DNA of 64,000 nucleotides from the human T2T-CHM13v2.0 reference genome, Homo sapiens (GCF_009914755.1 NC_060940.1); one strand, 5' to 3'; numbered from the stretch's first letter, positions 44,331 through 63,647 are shown. The notes: generated from the sequence alone by a model not told the origin. Program-made: numbers and translations.

Positions 44331-45079
44331 TAGCTGTGGGTAGCCTCAGTTGTCCTGGAATGAAAGACGGTTTCGTGTTGGACAAGGACATATCTGCAGA
44401 AGGCCAGTTCTCTCGAACTCGTCGGACTTCCTGGCTCCCTGACCCCCAGTGACTCGTTTTTCCGTTTTCTCAGGTGCCTGTCTGGGCTCCTCTTCCTCTG
44501 GATGTTTTTTGATTGTTCCTTAAATATCAGTGCTCTTCAAGACTGTAACCTCAGTCCCCTTGGCCTCTTTACTGAAGCCTATGCCCCACCAAATAGCAAA
44601 CTATCCGCTAGAGTAAGGAAGCCGTTAGACCTTAGAATAAAACTGCCTGTGTAGGAAATGTGATTGGGGTTTGTATCTGCATGGGGAGCCCCCGTCCCTG
44701 CTTGTCTGACCCTCCTGCTGAGTATCAAGATCCCCACTCAGCTGGCATTAGGATGATCTCCCAGCCATCATTCCAGAGCAGCCTGTGGTGACAGAATATG
44801 TCAGCTGACCTAAGCGTGAGGCAGTTCCTACTGAGATATGCTAACTAGCAGCAGAGCTATCCCTGCTTTGAGCGGAGACAGGACTCCTACCACCTCTGTG
44901 AGGAGCATGGAAGGCTTCCAAAGTGATGAGAAGTTGTAACCCCTAAACCCCCCCTCTTCTGATGGGATTTTATCCTTTCTCTCCTGGATCCTCTAGAGCC
45001 AGGCAGAAGGAAGGCAGAGTCAAAATGTGCCTGTTTGATCTGTTTCTTAGTCATTGTTCGGAGTTCCACTCTTCTTGAG

Positions 45080-45303
45080 TAGGATTTCTCAACAGTGGCA
45101 CTATTGACATTTTGGACCTGATAATTCTTTGTTGGGCAGGGGTGGGGGGAGCTGTCTGCATTGTAGGATGTTTGGCAGCATCCCTGGCTCTACCCAGTAG
45201 ATGCCAGTAGCACCCCAAGCCCAGTTGTGACTACCAAAAATATCTCCAGACATTGCCAAGTGTCTCCCTGGGAGCAAAATCATTCCCAGTTGAGAACCAC
45301 TAG
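45080..45303. mobile_element. MER20 (hAT-Charlie)
   Basis: 'tttctcaacagtggcactattgacattttggacctgataattctttgttg...ccagttgagaaccact'. Confidence 0.85.
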
Positions 45304-46219
45304 TCTAGGGGGAAATGAGCCTACTCTGGCTTTACTTATATAGAACCAGGACTTTATGCTTAATCTAAAACCCATATTTTCCCCTTTATGCTACCTCTTC
45401 CCTAAGAGCATTCTATAGAGTAATAGTCCTGTAAGATTCTGCTGAGTGACACAGTCTGTAGTAACTTAAGTTTGGAAAGTGCAGGGTTAAGCAACACATT
45501 TTAACACAGGATTGAGCTTTTAATTAGCTGGTGGCGATCACTGTGAACATCCATAAGACAGTTTTCCTAATTTACTGGACCACCTCCCAATTCCAGTGAC
45601 TTTTTTACTGGCAAACCTCCCCTAATTTACTGGCAAACCTCCCAATTCCAGTGACTTTTAGCCACTGCCTGCCCCCTTCTGTTCTGTGTTATTTTGTGGT
45701 ACTATTATCCATCCCATCACCCCCAACCAAAGTCTGCATTTGCCTTGTCTCTTGCTTCTCCTATTTCCCTCACATTCAGTTATTCATCTTGTACCTCCAA
45801 TTCTCTCCTAAATCTTTCTCAAACCTGCCCTCTTTGCAGCCTCCTACCTGGGTTCTTTTGCTCCAATTTGTCTCCAGTACCACCTTCAGGTGGACACCAG
45901 CATGATCTACCGTATCCCTCCTCTGCATAAAACCCTGGTGCCTCGGGGACAGGGCAGGCAGGAGTGGGCCAGTCACACCACTGGGCATCCTCATGGAGGA
46001 AGGATGCTCATGTGTACTGTGTGTATCCCTGTGTGCCAAACACTGCTGTATATCTGCCATAATCCTCTACCTCCACGGGGCAGAAGGATTTACCATGTTT
46101 TAAGGATGGGGAAACAGTCTCGGAGAAAGAGGTTAACTTTCCATGTTAACACAGTAAACGGTGCGAGGATTTTGAAACAAGCTCTTGCTCCTCAGGCAAG
46201 AGACAGGAAGCTAATTTCA

Positions 46220-47590
<1,371 letters not shown>

Positions 47591-47839
47591 CTCTTTAGTT
47601 GAATTTGCTACTTTTTCCTTGTATAAGAAGAAAGCCGTTTCAAGAGAGAACTGAGGTTTAAGTACCTGTCCTCTTTGGGGTCTTACAAATACACAGTTTC
47701 AAAGGTCCTTGAAGAAGGCACCTGAGGGCCTGGGCACTTGAGAGGCTGGGAAGGGCCCAAATCCTTTAGGACAGGATGTGTCACAGAAGGGGTGCCAACC
47801 TCAGTAAGACTCAAAACAGAGACCAGACACACATGACTG

Positions 47840-50800
47840 CTCATGGATGTGTATTTTAATAAAAATAATTCTGTCAAAATACAACAGAGTTTTTTTTTTG
47901 TCTCTCAAGTACAATTTTAATAAGATGTTTTGTGTTAGAGTTCTCTCTCCATCCTCCCACACCCACAAGTTTCATGCTAATGCCAAGTATCAACTCTTGA
48001 GGACAAAGGCAAAACCAGTGTGCACAATGTGGAGGATGTCTGTTGCAGCTGTAGTTACTAATGCAGGAAAACCCAATGCAAAGAGGAAAATGCCTGAGGC
48101 AGCCAGAGGCCACAATCTGGCCACAGGTCTGGGTGCATGAGACTGGCAGTCTAGTAGGGCTCCGCTGCCTGGCTGCCACATGGGTGCATACCTGAGTTGT
48201 GAGCAACCAAAGGAACTTTCAGCTCTGACAATTCTCTGCCTCATCTTCTTTGTGCTTGCTTAAGGAGTGGGAAGGCGCTAGGTGGCCAGGCAGTCCCCAC
48301 TTCTGTCTCGTGGTGTCCATTTTGATGGCCTGCACCCAGCCACAGACCCATGAGGATGGGGATGGGGGTTCTGGCTTGCTATGAGTGCCAGTTTTTGCTC
48401 TGGAAGGAGTGACCATTTGGTGCCGCAAGGGGAAAGTGAGTAGGGAAGGCTGCTCCCCAGGGCCGGACAAACCAAGAAAGCCAGGTCTTCCTCCTGCCTC
48501 CATGGGTCAGGTCCAGCCCTTCACCAGGGCTCCCCCAGGTGCCTTTCCCACTCTAGGCTCCTGGAAGCAGGCTGGTAGGACTGGATGTGCATAAGGGGCA
48601 CCTCTGGCTGGCAGGCAGGCAGGCCTGGACTCTCAGCAAGAGAGTGGGCTCAAGCAGCTTGGTTTTGGCCCTCTCCACAGCTTGTGGGGCAAAGGCTTAT
48701 GTCCCAAAGGTGAGCTGCCCAACTGGGACAGAGAGCCCCTCTGGAGAGGAACAGAGTAAACAACTTGGACTCAGCTGAAACAGTGAGATAAGGCACAGAA
48801 AATGGGGAGGTGGCCATGGGTACCAAGTGCGAGCCAGGCAGACACCCAACCCCATGCAGCACACAGCTGTCCCGAGCCCTCCTGGGCCCTCTCAGCCACT
48901 CCACAACCTAAGCTCAGGCACCCGTCCTCATCCCTGACACACCCCTGAAGGTAGCAGCTTCTCAGATACTGCTGGAGGGCACATCAGCCTGACCCCTCAT
49001 GGGGTTTATCTGCCATTCGGTTTCAGGACTAAATAGTGTTGCCCAACCCACAGGGATAAGGGATAGTCCCGGCTCTGCTACTAATTTGCTATGTGACTTT
49101 AGCCAAGTCACTTAATCTCCTGGGCCTGTTTCCTTATTTGTAGCAAGAGAGGAATGGGGGAGATGTTCACTGAACCCCATTCCAGCTGCAAAAGCCTGTG
49201 GTTTTAATCCAATCCTGCTAGGCTATGATCATTTAAACAGCCTGATGTCTCCAACTTCTGGGTTTGGGAGCTAGGTAGCCCCAGGCTGTCACAAGAGATG
49301 AATTTCCTTTACAGACAGGACGCCTCCTAACAGGCCATGGTCTATGGGTCTGCCAGCCCCAAGGACCAAGAAAAAGCAGCAGCTATAGGATCATTTCCCA
49401 AGGCAGAATTCTGACAGCACAGGGCCCAGGGCCCTGGCCCCATCACCAGCAGTTGGTCCAATTCAAACATTTTTCTTGTTGCCCAGCTGTGGGCCCAGTG
49501 AGGCCTGGTGAGCAATGGGTATCTCAGGCCACACCAACCATTCCCATGTCCACCAATATGGAGCAGGAGCTTGCAAAGCCCAGATTCAGGCAGGGACTGA
49601 AAGTTCAACTTCCGGCCTTGCCATGGCTGACCCTACTCTTTGCATGGGCGGCTTGTGCACTCCCCTCACAATGTGAAGCACATATGGAAATTCCAGCCGT
49701 CCTGGTGCTCCTCTGTGTAGACTTCCTCCCTTTCCTCCTCCAGGGCAGCCAGTCCTCTCCACAGGTGGGCCACCCCAAGTCCTGGCAACCATCTCAGTCT
49801 TTCCTTTCCTGATTCCCCAATGGTAGCGGGACCACTTTTACTCTGCCAGCTGTAAGGATCTATCTGAAACAGCTGGTGGGACATGTGTAAAGCTGATAGA
49901 GTCCCATTCTCTGGCCAGCAAATACTCCCAATAGTCTTTCCTAAGAGTGGCTAGGGCCCAGCTGCAGGGAGCTGTCTGGCACAGTGGCAGTGAAGTCTGG
50001 CCTAGGGGACCAAGGATTCCATCCACTCCCTGGAGTAGCAGCCCAAGAACCTGCCTCCACAAGGTACTGGTTTCTCAACAGAAAGCATCCATTCTCTCAG
50101 AGCTGTGCAGAGATGGTGAAGATCTAGGCAGGAAGAAAGCAGCCCCTGTACTCAAGGGCCTCTGTCCTGGGAATGGAGTCTTCTTTCCAGCAGCCTGACA
50201 CACAGAAGCTCTCAGGACGAAGGCAGGTAGTTTCCAGGCAATCAATTTAGAGTAAATGTATTATTTGGCCATCTTAACAACAAGGGAAGATAGGGTATTG
50301 AAAAGGGAGGAAAGGGGAGCAAGGCAGGCAGTGGGAGGTGGGGTAGAGTGGTAGATAGTGTGCTGGCCAAGGACCCTCTACCTCTGCTGTGTGGCCCTGG
50401 GCCAAGTTATCACTTCTCTGGACCCTTGGCCCTGTAGTTCTCTGCTCTGTCCAGCTCTCAGGGGCCTAGGGATCTACAGTTCTTGGGATGCTATAAACCA
50501 ATGTAACCATGCCCACTAAGTGGCCCACCAAACCCTATTTGGGTTTCCTAGGCTGCAGCTCGGCCTGTGACTCAAAAAAGGGGGAGCAAAAAATAAATCA
50601 CTTGGCTGAGGTGACAGAGATTCTTCTTTTTTAATGAGTTGGACTCAAAGAAAACATGGTGCCTGGACAGCCTCACCCAAGAGGTGCTGGACCACTAATG
50701 CTACGATAAATACTGTCTTTTTTTTTAATATATATATTTTTATATATATATATATAATCTCATTTGTTTTTTACTTATGAAAATAATAAGCTATCACCAA

Positions 50801-51195
50801 CTTGGATAGGCTTCATCACTAAATTAGCAGAAACCAGCTCAGCACAAACTCTCCAGAGATAAATACTGGTGGCTCAGTCAGGAGAAAAAAATTTAAAAAC
50901 CCCAACCCCTCCTCAAAACAAAACCCCCCTTTCAAAATAGAAGGCGCTACATGAGAGTAACCAGCCAATACTGTGTTACAGGCCGCTGCACGTGAAGGGG
51001 AGAGAGAGAGAGACTGAGCGGGGTGGTGGGCAGAGAAAGGAAGGAAGGAAGGAAAGGGAGAGGGGGAAAGGCCAGGCAGGAGGAGTGGACTCTGTCTATG
51101 GTTTCCCAGTCCCTGCACCAGTTGCCTATGGAGGGCAGGGCAGCTCCAGCCCTGGGGCCAGTGGAGGGCCAGCCAGAGCCAGCCAGCACAGTCAG
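47840..51195 (-). other. RANBP10: RANBP10 3'UTR (~3.35 kb; 3' end approximate)
   Basis: Alu-free unique sequence downstream of the stop, including a (TA)n tract at ~50728-50756 and ending after ATTAAA signals. Confidence 0.75.
47855..47860 (-). terminator. RANBP10: RANBP10 polyadenylation signal (ATTAAA variant)
   Basis: Plus-strand tttaat = ATTAAA on minus, with upstream UGUA/U-rich context and downstream GU-rich TGTGTGTCT. A second ATTAAA lies at 47916-47921. Confidence 0.65.
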
Positions 51196-51441
<246 letters not shown>

Positions 51442-51776
51442 TCAGTACCTCTGTGTAAGTGTGTCCCAGCCACCAGGCCATGGCCCTGAAGTCATGCCAG
51501 GAACCTGAGGACCTTAGCCCCATGTAGAGCGCTGGGCTGGCCTGGGCCTACTGCCATGGCCTAGGACCCATCATGAACTCAGCTGGGCAGACAGAGGTCA
51601 AGGTTTAGGTTCAACCATGGGAGCCCAGGAGTCCTATGAGTCACCAGAGAGGGCCTGTACAGAGCTTGCTGCCCCAGTGTGGATAAACATCAGCTCTTTC
51701 TGGGGCCAATTGGGGTGGGGGTTGGGAACCACCCAGGTAGCTATGGGCTAGCTTCTGTTTTTGTTAGATCCACTCA

Positions 51777-52081
<305 letters not shown>

Positions 52082-52089
52082 TAGATTCA

Positions 52090-52206
<117 letters not shown>

Positions 52207-52263
52207 CTACAGGACAGGGCATTCTTGAGAGGACTGTGGCACACACCATAGCTCACCCTGCTA

Positions 52264-52692
<429 letters not shown>

Positions 52693-53157
52693 TTAGGAGG
52701 GGTGAAGAGGGAAGGGCAGGACTAGGGTGGGGCAGGAAGGACCCCGGGTGGGCTGCAGCTTCTGCCAGAGGCAGGCAGGGCTGGGAGGAACAGGTGAGGC
52801 AGCTACAGTCAAGGCGTTCTTCTCTTCATTCACCTGGCGCACAGTCTAGGATTTAGGGAGGACTTGGAAGTTGTCCCTCTTCCCAGCCTGCACAGACGCA
52901 GGGTGCTCATTAGGGTGCCCATGCTCTCGAACACCCTCCAGCCTCAAACATAGGTGGTCTTGGCACAGGCCAGGGCCTTCGTACATTTGGAGCCACCTCA
53001 AGGACCCATTCACAATCGGCTAAGGAGGCTGTGGACCAGGTCTGGCTGAAGCTTCTCAAGATGCCAAAGCCTGCCTACCCCAGCCCCTCCCAGGGGAAGA
53101 GGGCACCCAGACTGCACACTGCCCTCAAAGAATAGCACACCGGGCCGTGGCTCTCAC

Positions 53158-53279
53158 CCATGCTGGACTCATCCGTCTGCAGGTCCTCATGCTTGTAGGC
53201 ACCATTAACAATGCGTGTGGACATGCTTCCTAGCACACCGTTGGGGTAGTGCTCTGCCTCCATCTCCATCTCACTGTCG
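53158..53279 (-). CDS. RANBP10: RANBP10 coding exon (short acceptor form)
   Basis: ctccccacag|C GAC...ATG G|gtgag, 122 nt. [40 protein letters not shown]. Confidence 0.94.
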
Positions 53280-53776
53280 CTGTGGGGAGGGGTTGAGGTG
53301 GGAGTTGGCCCAGGGGGTGTGGTTGGAGCAGCCTGGTTGGGCCTCCTTTCAAGCTGTAGCCATGGGTTGCTGTGGGTGAACCGAGGACCCCCAGGAACAT
53401 GAAAGGACAGCTCAGGCTTCCAAGTCTTCAGCACTTGGCCCCTACTGTGACACCAGCTATCCTCAGAGGCCTGTCACCTGATTCCCACCCTTGCCCCAGT
53501 GCTGCCTCTGTGATTCTCCCCTCCCTGGCCCTCCTCTGAGTTCACACACCTCTTCTACATATCCCCCAACCTAATGACTGGGCCCCATGGCCCCCATGGG
53601 CAGCTCTGTGGCCTTGGTTGGAAGCCAAACTCAGGTCAGCCTTGAGGTGTACCTGGGGATGCTGAGAGCCACCTAGAGCTCTAGCCTGCGGCTTAGCTTC
53701 CCCTGCCTGCCCAACCTGGCTGTCTACAAGCCAGAGCCAGGGAAAGCTCCCTCATGATGGACCCTGAGGGTTCTCA

Positions 53777-54271
<495 letters not shown>

Positions 54272-54274
54272 TCA

Positions 54275-54892
<618 letters not shown>

Positions 54893-56195
54893 TCAGGGTA
54901 GGGTCCGGCTCAGAGTGCCTCGCCAGCTTGAAATGCTCACAGGAGAGGAGGCTGGAGAAAGAACCTGACTGCCCAGCCCAACAGATCCTGGTTTCTGCCA
55001 AGTGTCAGAGAGTCCTCAAGAATATGGGGAAGATGGAGGGGAGACTCTCAGCCCAAAGGCAGGAGGGTAAATGTGGAGGTCTGCTCCTGCGGGGCACATG
55101 GTGCCAGGGACCTGGGGGCAGGGTAGGGCCCCAGCTGGGGCAACATGATCTGGGGATGGGCACCCAGGCAGCTTGGCGGCCTGAGTGGCTCCTCTTCAGA
55201 CAGACTCCTCTCCTTCCAGGCCTCACAGGGGAATGGCAATGGAATCACACTGGTTTCTGACCAGGGCTCTGGCTGGTGGTCTTCAGGGGCTGCAGCATGC
55301 CCCCTGCTGGGAGAGGAGGCCATCCTCCTCATGCTGGCACCTCTGATGTTGACACCTCTCACGCCATCAGCATCTTGCTGCTGCCTTTTCGCTCTTGCCG
55401 TGGGGCCTGGTGCATCTCGCTGGGAGCAACTTCAGAGTCTGAGGCTCTCATTCATAGATCCCAAGTCTGGGATCCCTTTCCGTCTGTCTGGCTGAGCACA
55501 GCTTCTCTGGGAGACAGACACGTGCACATACAGAAGAGACAGCAGGCTTGGAGAGGGGTAGGCAGGCACTCACAGACACGCATATCCACACCCACTTGCC
55601 CTCATTCTCCTTTTCTCCTTCTAGCTCCTCACTGGGCTCCTTTTCCTCTTTTCCAACACCCCTCCTTCCGTGAAAGAGCCTCCAGACACACAGCATCCAG
55701 GCCAGCATCAACACTGGGAGAGCTCTGGCCAAGGGAGGACTTTAGGTTGTCTGCAAAGGGCAGGACCAGTGGTGGGGAGCAGAGGGTAGTGCCCCCACAG
55801 CAGCCATTGAGCACTGGCTTTGCCCTATCTGACCACTTCAGTCCCCTCTCTGGCTAGGAATAAGCAGAACTACTAAGGCAGGCAAACAGCCTTCCTGGAA
55901 GACCATGAACAGGAGGTTGAGAGGAATCCAGGATTCAGGGGGAAGGAAACAAGCAGGGAGGAAATGGAGGAATGGAACCAGCCATGCCAGGGCCTGGCCT
56001 GCGCCCAGCCTTCAGAATGTGCATTAGGGAGGCTGCCCTGAGACGTCTCCATCCTGCCAACTGTCCATCTGGGCAGTGCCATCTTGAAGGTGGGACAGGA
56101 ACATGGCCTCGAGCTGCAAGCTGGTCATGAGGACCAGAGCTGAATGGACTCCTGACAGGTTAACCAGGGTTGACATGAGCCAGAGAGCAGAGTTA

Positions 56196-56405
<210 letters not shown>

Positions 56406-57246
56406 CTACCCAATGGACTCAGGACAGATTACCTCCCCCAGAGGTCTCCCTAAACACGTCCTGGAGGTGTAACCTCCACAGAATGAGAATAAAGGGGCTG
56501 AAACAAAATGAAAACTTCCCCCATGGTGCCCCACGGTCATGAAGTCAGGCTTCGGAGGGGCTGGTCACCACATCTGTGCCCACAGTTCAGAGGAGTGGCT
56601 GCAGTTTATCTGAGACATGCTGCCCACAAGTAAGCGAGTATGATAACAGAAGTACACACACAGGCACACTCCTCACAGGTGGCTGCCTCTTTGGGAAATG
56701 CAGCAAGCCTAAGAGGCCAATAGTCTCACTGATAGCTTCCCGAAACTGCAGCTAGCCAGGTAATCTGGCAGATTTCCAGACAGGATGCATGCCACATGCA
56801 CACCTTCTACAGACACAGGAGCCCCTCTGCAGGCTGTGCCATGTACCTGAGAGAAGCATTTCAGCCCTCCAGGTGAACCTGCCCTCAGCAGTTCCAGCTC
56901 TAGTGAGTGAGTGATGGGAAGCTAACTCACAACCCAGAGTTACACCATGATACACCACAAATCAGGGGCCCAAGAAGCCAAGCAATCAGGCTGATTTTGC
57001 CAGGCAGAGATAGGCAGCAGCAGGGCCAATGGGAACACAGTCATTGGGAAATGGTCTGGAGAAGTCTGACTCCCTGTAGCCATTTAACCCCAGCAGAAGC
57101 TGGCTGAACAGTGGCACATGTGTGTACACATATAAAGCAGAGGCTGAACCCTCAAATCTGATGTGTACAGGAGTGAATACCTTGGTGTGTACATGTGTCT
57201 GATGTCATTACTGTAACTCTAAACACAAATGTCTGAAGGGTTGTCA

Positions 57247-57549
<303 letters not shown>

Positions 57550-59624
57550 TCATGCCTGTAATCCCAGCACTTTGGGAGGCTGAGGCGGGCGGATCACAAG
57601 GTCAGGAGATCAAGACCATCCTGGCTAATGCGGTGGAATGCCATCTCTACTAAAAAAATACAAAAAAAAATTACGCCCGGGCGTAGTGGCGGGCACCTGT
57701 AGTCCCAGCTACTCAGGAGGCTGAGGCAGGAGAATGGCTTGAACCCAGGAGGCGGAGCTTGCAGTGAGCCGAGATTGCGCCACTGCACTACAGCCTGGGC
57801 GACAAAGCGAGACTCCATCTCAAAAAAAAAAAAAAAAAAAAAAAATTATTGGCTGCGTGTGGTGGCTCATGCCTGTAATCTCAACACTTTGGGAGGCCGA
57901 GGCAGGAAAATCACTTGAGCCCAGAAGTTTGAGACCAACCTGGGCAACATGGCGAAACCCTGTCCCCACAAAAAATACAAAAAATTAGCCAGGTGTGGTG
58001 GTGCATGCCTACAGTCCCAGCTACTCAGGAGACTGAGGTAGAAGAATTGCTTGAGCTCAGGAGGTCCATGCTGCAGTGAGCCATGACTGTGTCACTGCAC
58101 TCCGCCTGGGCAATAGAGTAAACTCCTGACTCAGAAAAAAGTAAAGTAAGTATAATTATTATTATTACACCATATTATTATTATAAACACAAGGGTAAAT
58201 ATGAAAAAGTCTTTATCTACAAGAGGGTTACCTACACAAGTAAAAGAGAAGGAATTACCTGACCTTCCACTAGAGGAAGCCAGCCAAAAGGCTTGTGACA
58301 AATTTGTCTCTGTGATAACATAGCCATTATCAATATTCATTAAATGAAGTTATGTAAAACCACAGTACACAAATTATATGCAGGTCTTGGCAAATGCTAC
58401 ATATGAACACATACAAGCACATGGATACACACATGTAAACAAAAACACCTATGTGCTATGCTGGACATGGTAGCACATGCCTGTGATGCCAGCTACTCAG
58501 GAGGCTGAGGTGGGAGGATCACTTGAGCCCAGGAGTCCAACCTGGGCAACAAAGTGCGACCCCATCTCAGTATTTTTTTAAAAACCCCAAAACAAAAACA
58601 CATCCATGTGCTGAGCCTAGGCCCTGAAAACTGAGAGTATCAGTTCCTCCCCTACACAGACTTGGCATCTTCACCCCTCTTCTTGGCAATCCCACCAAGC
58701 CTGCTCTGGGAGTGGCGCTGTCCTGGCCATCCAAGGAAGTCCTTGTCATCTGCTCTGGGGGGCTGTGAACAAGAGGCAGCAATGCTGTTTTTCCTGGGGA
58801 AGGTCTGGCCACCTAGCCCCTGCCTCAGCCCATCCTTGGGGCCTGCCTCAAGGGACAAAGGCTGCACAAAGAACTCAGTGTGTACCCCAACCCCACCCCA
58901 GGAATCCTAGCACCCTGGTGCCTTTGCAGGGCAATGACCACAGGCAGTGGAAGCCCAGCCCTTCCCCATGCCCATCTGCCCATCCTTGAGAGCCAAGCTA
59001 ACACCCACCTCCTGGCAGAGTGGATACTGGTCACTGCCTCACTCAGGCTTGCAGATGGCAAGTGGAAGAGAAACCCAAAGCTGGCCTCCCTTGGGAGTTC
59101 AGCGACACTGGCTTCCAGGACAGTCTGGGAATTAATCAGCCAAGGAGCTAGCTCAGCTGGTCCTAGGGAGAACTCCCTTCCCTCCACCACCGCTATAGAC
59201 GAATGAGACTCAGTTGGATGCTGGGCCCTGTGAGGTGGCCTCAGGCCAGAGTCACAGCACCATGGATACTCCCTATGGTAGAAAAAGGGTCCACAGAGGA
59301 AGAGACCACAGGGCATCCTCTGCAAAATCCTCTGCAAAATGACCTGGGGAAGGAAAACAGCCCTGCTGGTGATCTTATATACAGGAGCCTCCAATATGGC
59401 TGAGAGGCAAAGGTTTAATTAGGAGCAGCCCGGAGAACTCGGTGGGAGCTGTCCATCCGACGACAGAGAAGCAGGAGAGCTGCAGGCTGAATGGCCCTGG
59501 GAATGCTTCCCAGAAAGGATCCACCCGCTGGAATTTGTAAGAACAGCTTGTAGCCCTACAGGGGCCTAGAGTGAAGTGGGCTGGGGTGGGGTGGGAGTGG
59601 GTAAGGGCAGGAGCAGGGCACTCA

Positions 59625-59834
<210 letters not shown>

Positions 59835-60221
59835 TCAGGCCCTGAGGGCAGTGGGGTTCTAAGGCCTCACCTCACCTCCATGGCTGCTGCTGGCCCATGC
59901 TTGGGCTGGGAGAGTTGCAGCAAGGCTGGAGGAGGCAGGGCGGAGCCACCTCTGTCCACCTCCCTAGCAGAGACATTATGCCCCAAAGCTTGAGGGGAGA
60001 AAGCAAAAGAAAAGCAAGCAAGGCACATCATGGAGAGTGTCCTGCCCTGTATCAGAGGCCATTGTGTCCTCAAGGCCCAAGAGCCCTTTCTGGAACTCAG
60101 CCAAAGCATACAGAAATGGGCTGGGCTCCACGACCCTTCAGACGTGCCCATGAAGGTCTGCTGCAATAGTGGGTCATGGCTCCTCTTGGAAAGATCCAGG
60201 GCCAAGGATCTCTCTGTCTCA

Positions 60222-60675
<454 letters not shown>

Positions 60676-60923
60676 CTACCCTTCCTGTTAGAGGCTCGCT
60701 AAGAGGATCTTCTGGCCAGTAGGGTGTGAGGCTCCCTGCTTTCCACCTAGCCTCTACCATGACTGGCTTTTGTTCGGTCCCTCCCTCACTTGGTGGTTCC
60801 TGTGGCTCCCCACTGCAACTGTCCAGAGCCTCGCTAGCCTCCTCCCCACTGTCACTGCAGATGGTCTTCCCAGGGCCCTCAGTCCACCCTTCACCTCCGT
60901 GCTCAGGCCATGTTCCTTCCTGA

Positions 60924-61385
<462 letters not shown>

Positions 61386-61576
61386 TGACCGTCACTGCCT
61401 ACCATGTCTTTCCCCCATACCTTCTTGCATGTGGCTGCATACTGGCCATGCTCATGCCTGGTCATTTCATGTCACGTCCCCATAACTAGACCCTTCCCTA
61501 GCCAGGGTCAGCATTCTCCACCTGATTCTGTTCTCTTTGCCTAGGACCACAGCCCCTCTCTGGGGCTTCCAGGTAA

Positions 61577-62206
<630 letters not shown>

Positions 62207-62780
62207 TGATTTGCCCACCTCGGCCTCCCAAAGTGCTGGGATTACAGGTGTGAGCCACCGCACCCGGCCAGAAAACTCCATCCTTTTCTAAGAAGAGAAG
62301 ACCCCACAAAGCTCACCTCTCTGGCTTGGGGGTGCCCTAGATAGTAGCAGATGAGTTCCCCTAGGGCACTAACTTTCCTCAGGGATCTCTGATGGGTATG
62401 TACAAGGACTAGGTTCCCTCACAGTTCAGGAACAATTCCCTACACTCTGCACCCCAGCTGACACACAGCTGGTTTAGACCAGTTGAGCCATGGAGCTATC
62501 TTCATTCCACCACCCTACCCGCCCCAGCCCCACAGCTGCCTTTGGAAGTGCCACAAATTACTGTCACCTGCTAAGAGTCGTAGGAAGACCAGACCTTACT
62601 GCTGGAGAGAGAGGAAGGCCAGCAAGTGCCCCTCCTGGTACCCTCAAGCTGACAGCATGGCACACATCCCTGGTTGGGGAAAGAACCAGACTCCACACCC
62701 TGCACTTGCAGGTACCACCGTGCCCCATCCCAGTCAGCCCCCAGAAACCCAGGAGGGGAAGACTCAATAGTAGTACTCAC

Positions 62781-62803
62781 CGGGAGGTCTGTGAAGGCTA
62801 TAC
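62781..62803 (-). CDS. RANBP10: RANBP10 23-nt micro-exon (GIAFTDLP, SPRY domain)
   Basis: ttcctttccccccacag|GTATAGCCTTCACAGACCTCCCG|gtgagt. Ends in phase 0 and joins ANLYPTVGL of the next exon. Confidence 0.92.
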
Positions 62804-62894
62804 CTGTGGGGGGAAAGGAACAGTCATCAGGGCCAGCCCCTGGGGCTACTCTGCCTCTGCACCCCATGGTGGAGCCAGTGCTAGGGCCGGGTAG

Positions 62895-63425
<531 letters not shown>

Positions 63426-63647
63426 TAGCCAGGATGGTCTCGATCTCCTGACCTTGTGGTCTGCCCACCTCAGCTTCCCAAAGTGCTGGGATTACAGGCG
63501 TGAGCCACTGAGCCCGGCCCCGGGCTAGGTAGTTTTAATTAGACCATGGCCTTCTCTTCACTGGCGGCCTGGCCAGAAGTGAAATCAGATGCTTAGGCAG
63601 GTGCATAGCTCCTCCACCCGCAAAGAAAGCCTGCTAAGGGGAACTAA

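Noticed and set aside
59583-59607. G4 motif beside a RANBP10 donor
   Set aside because: The G-runs are on the template strand, so the RNA is C-rich. The motif is common and nothing else supports function.
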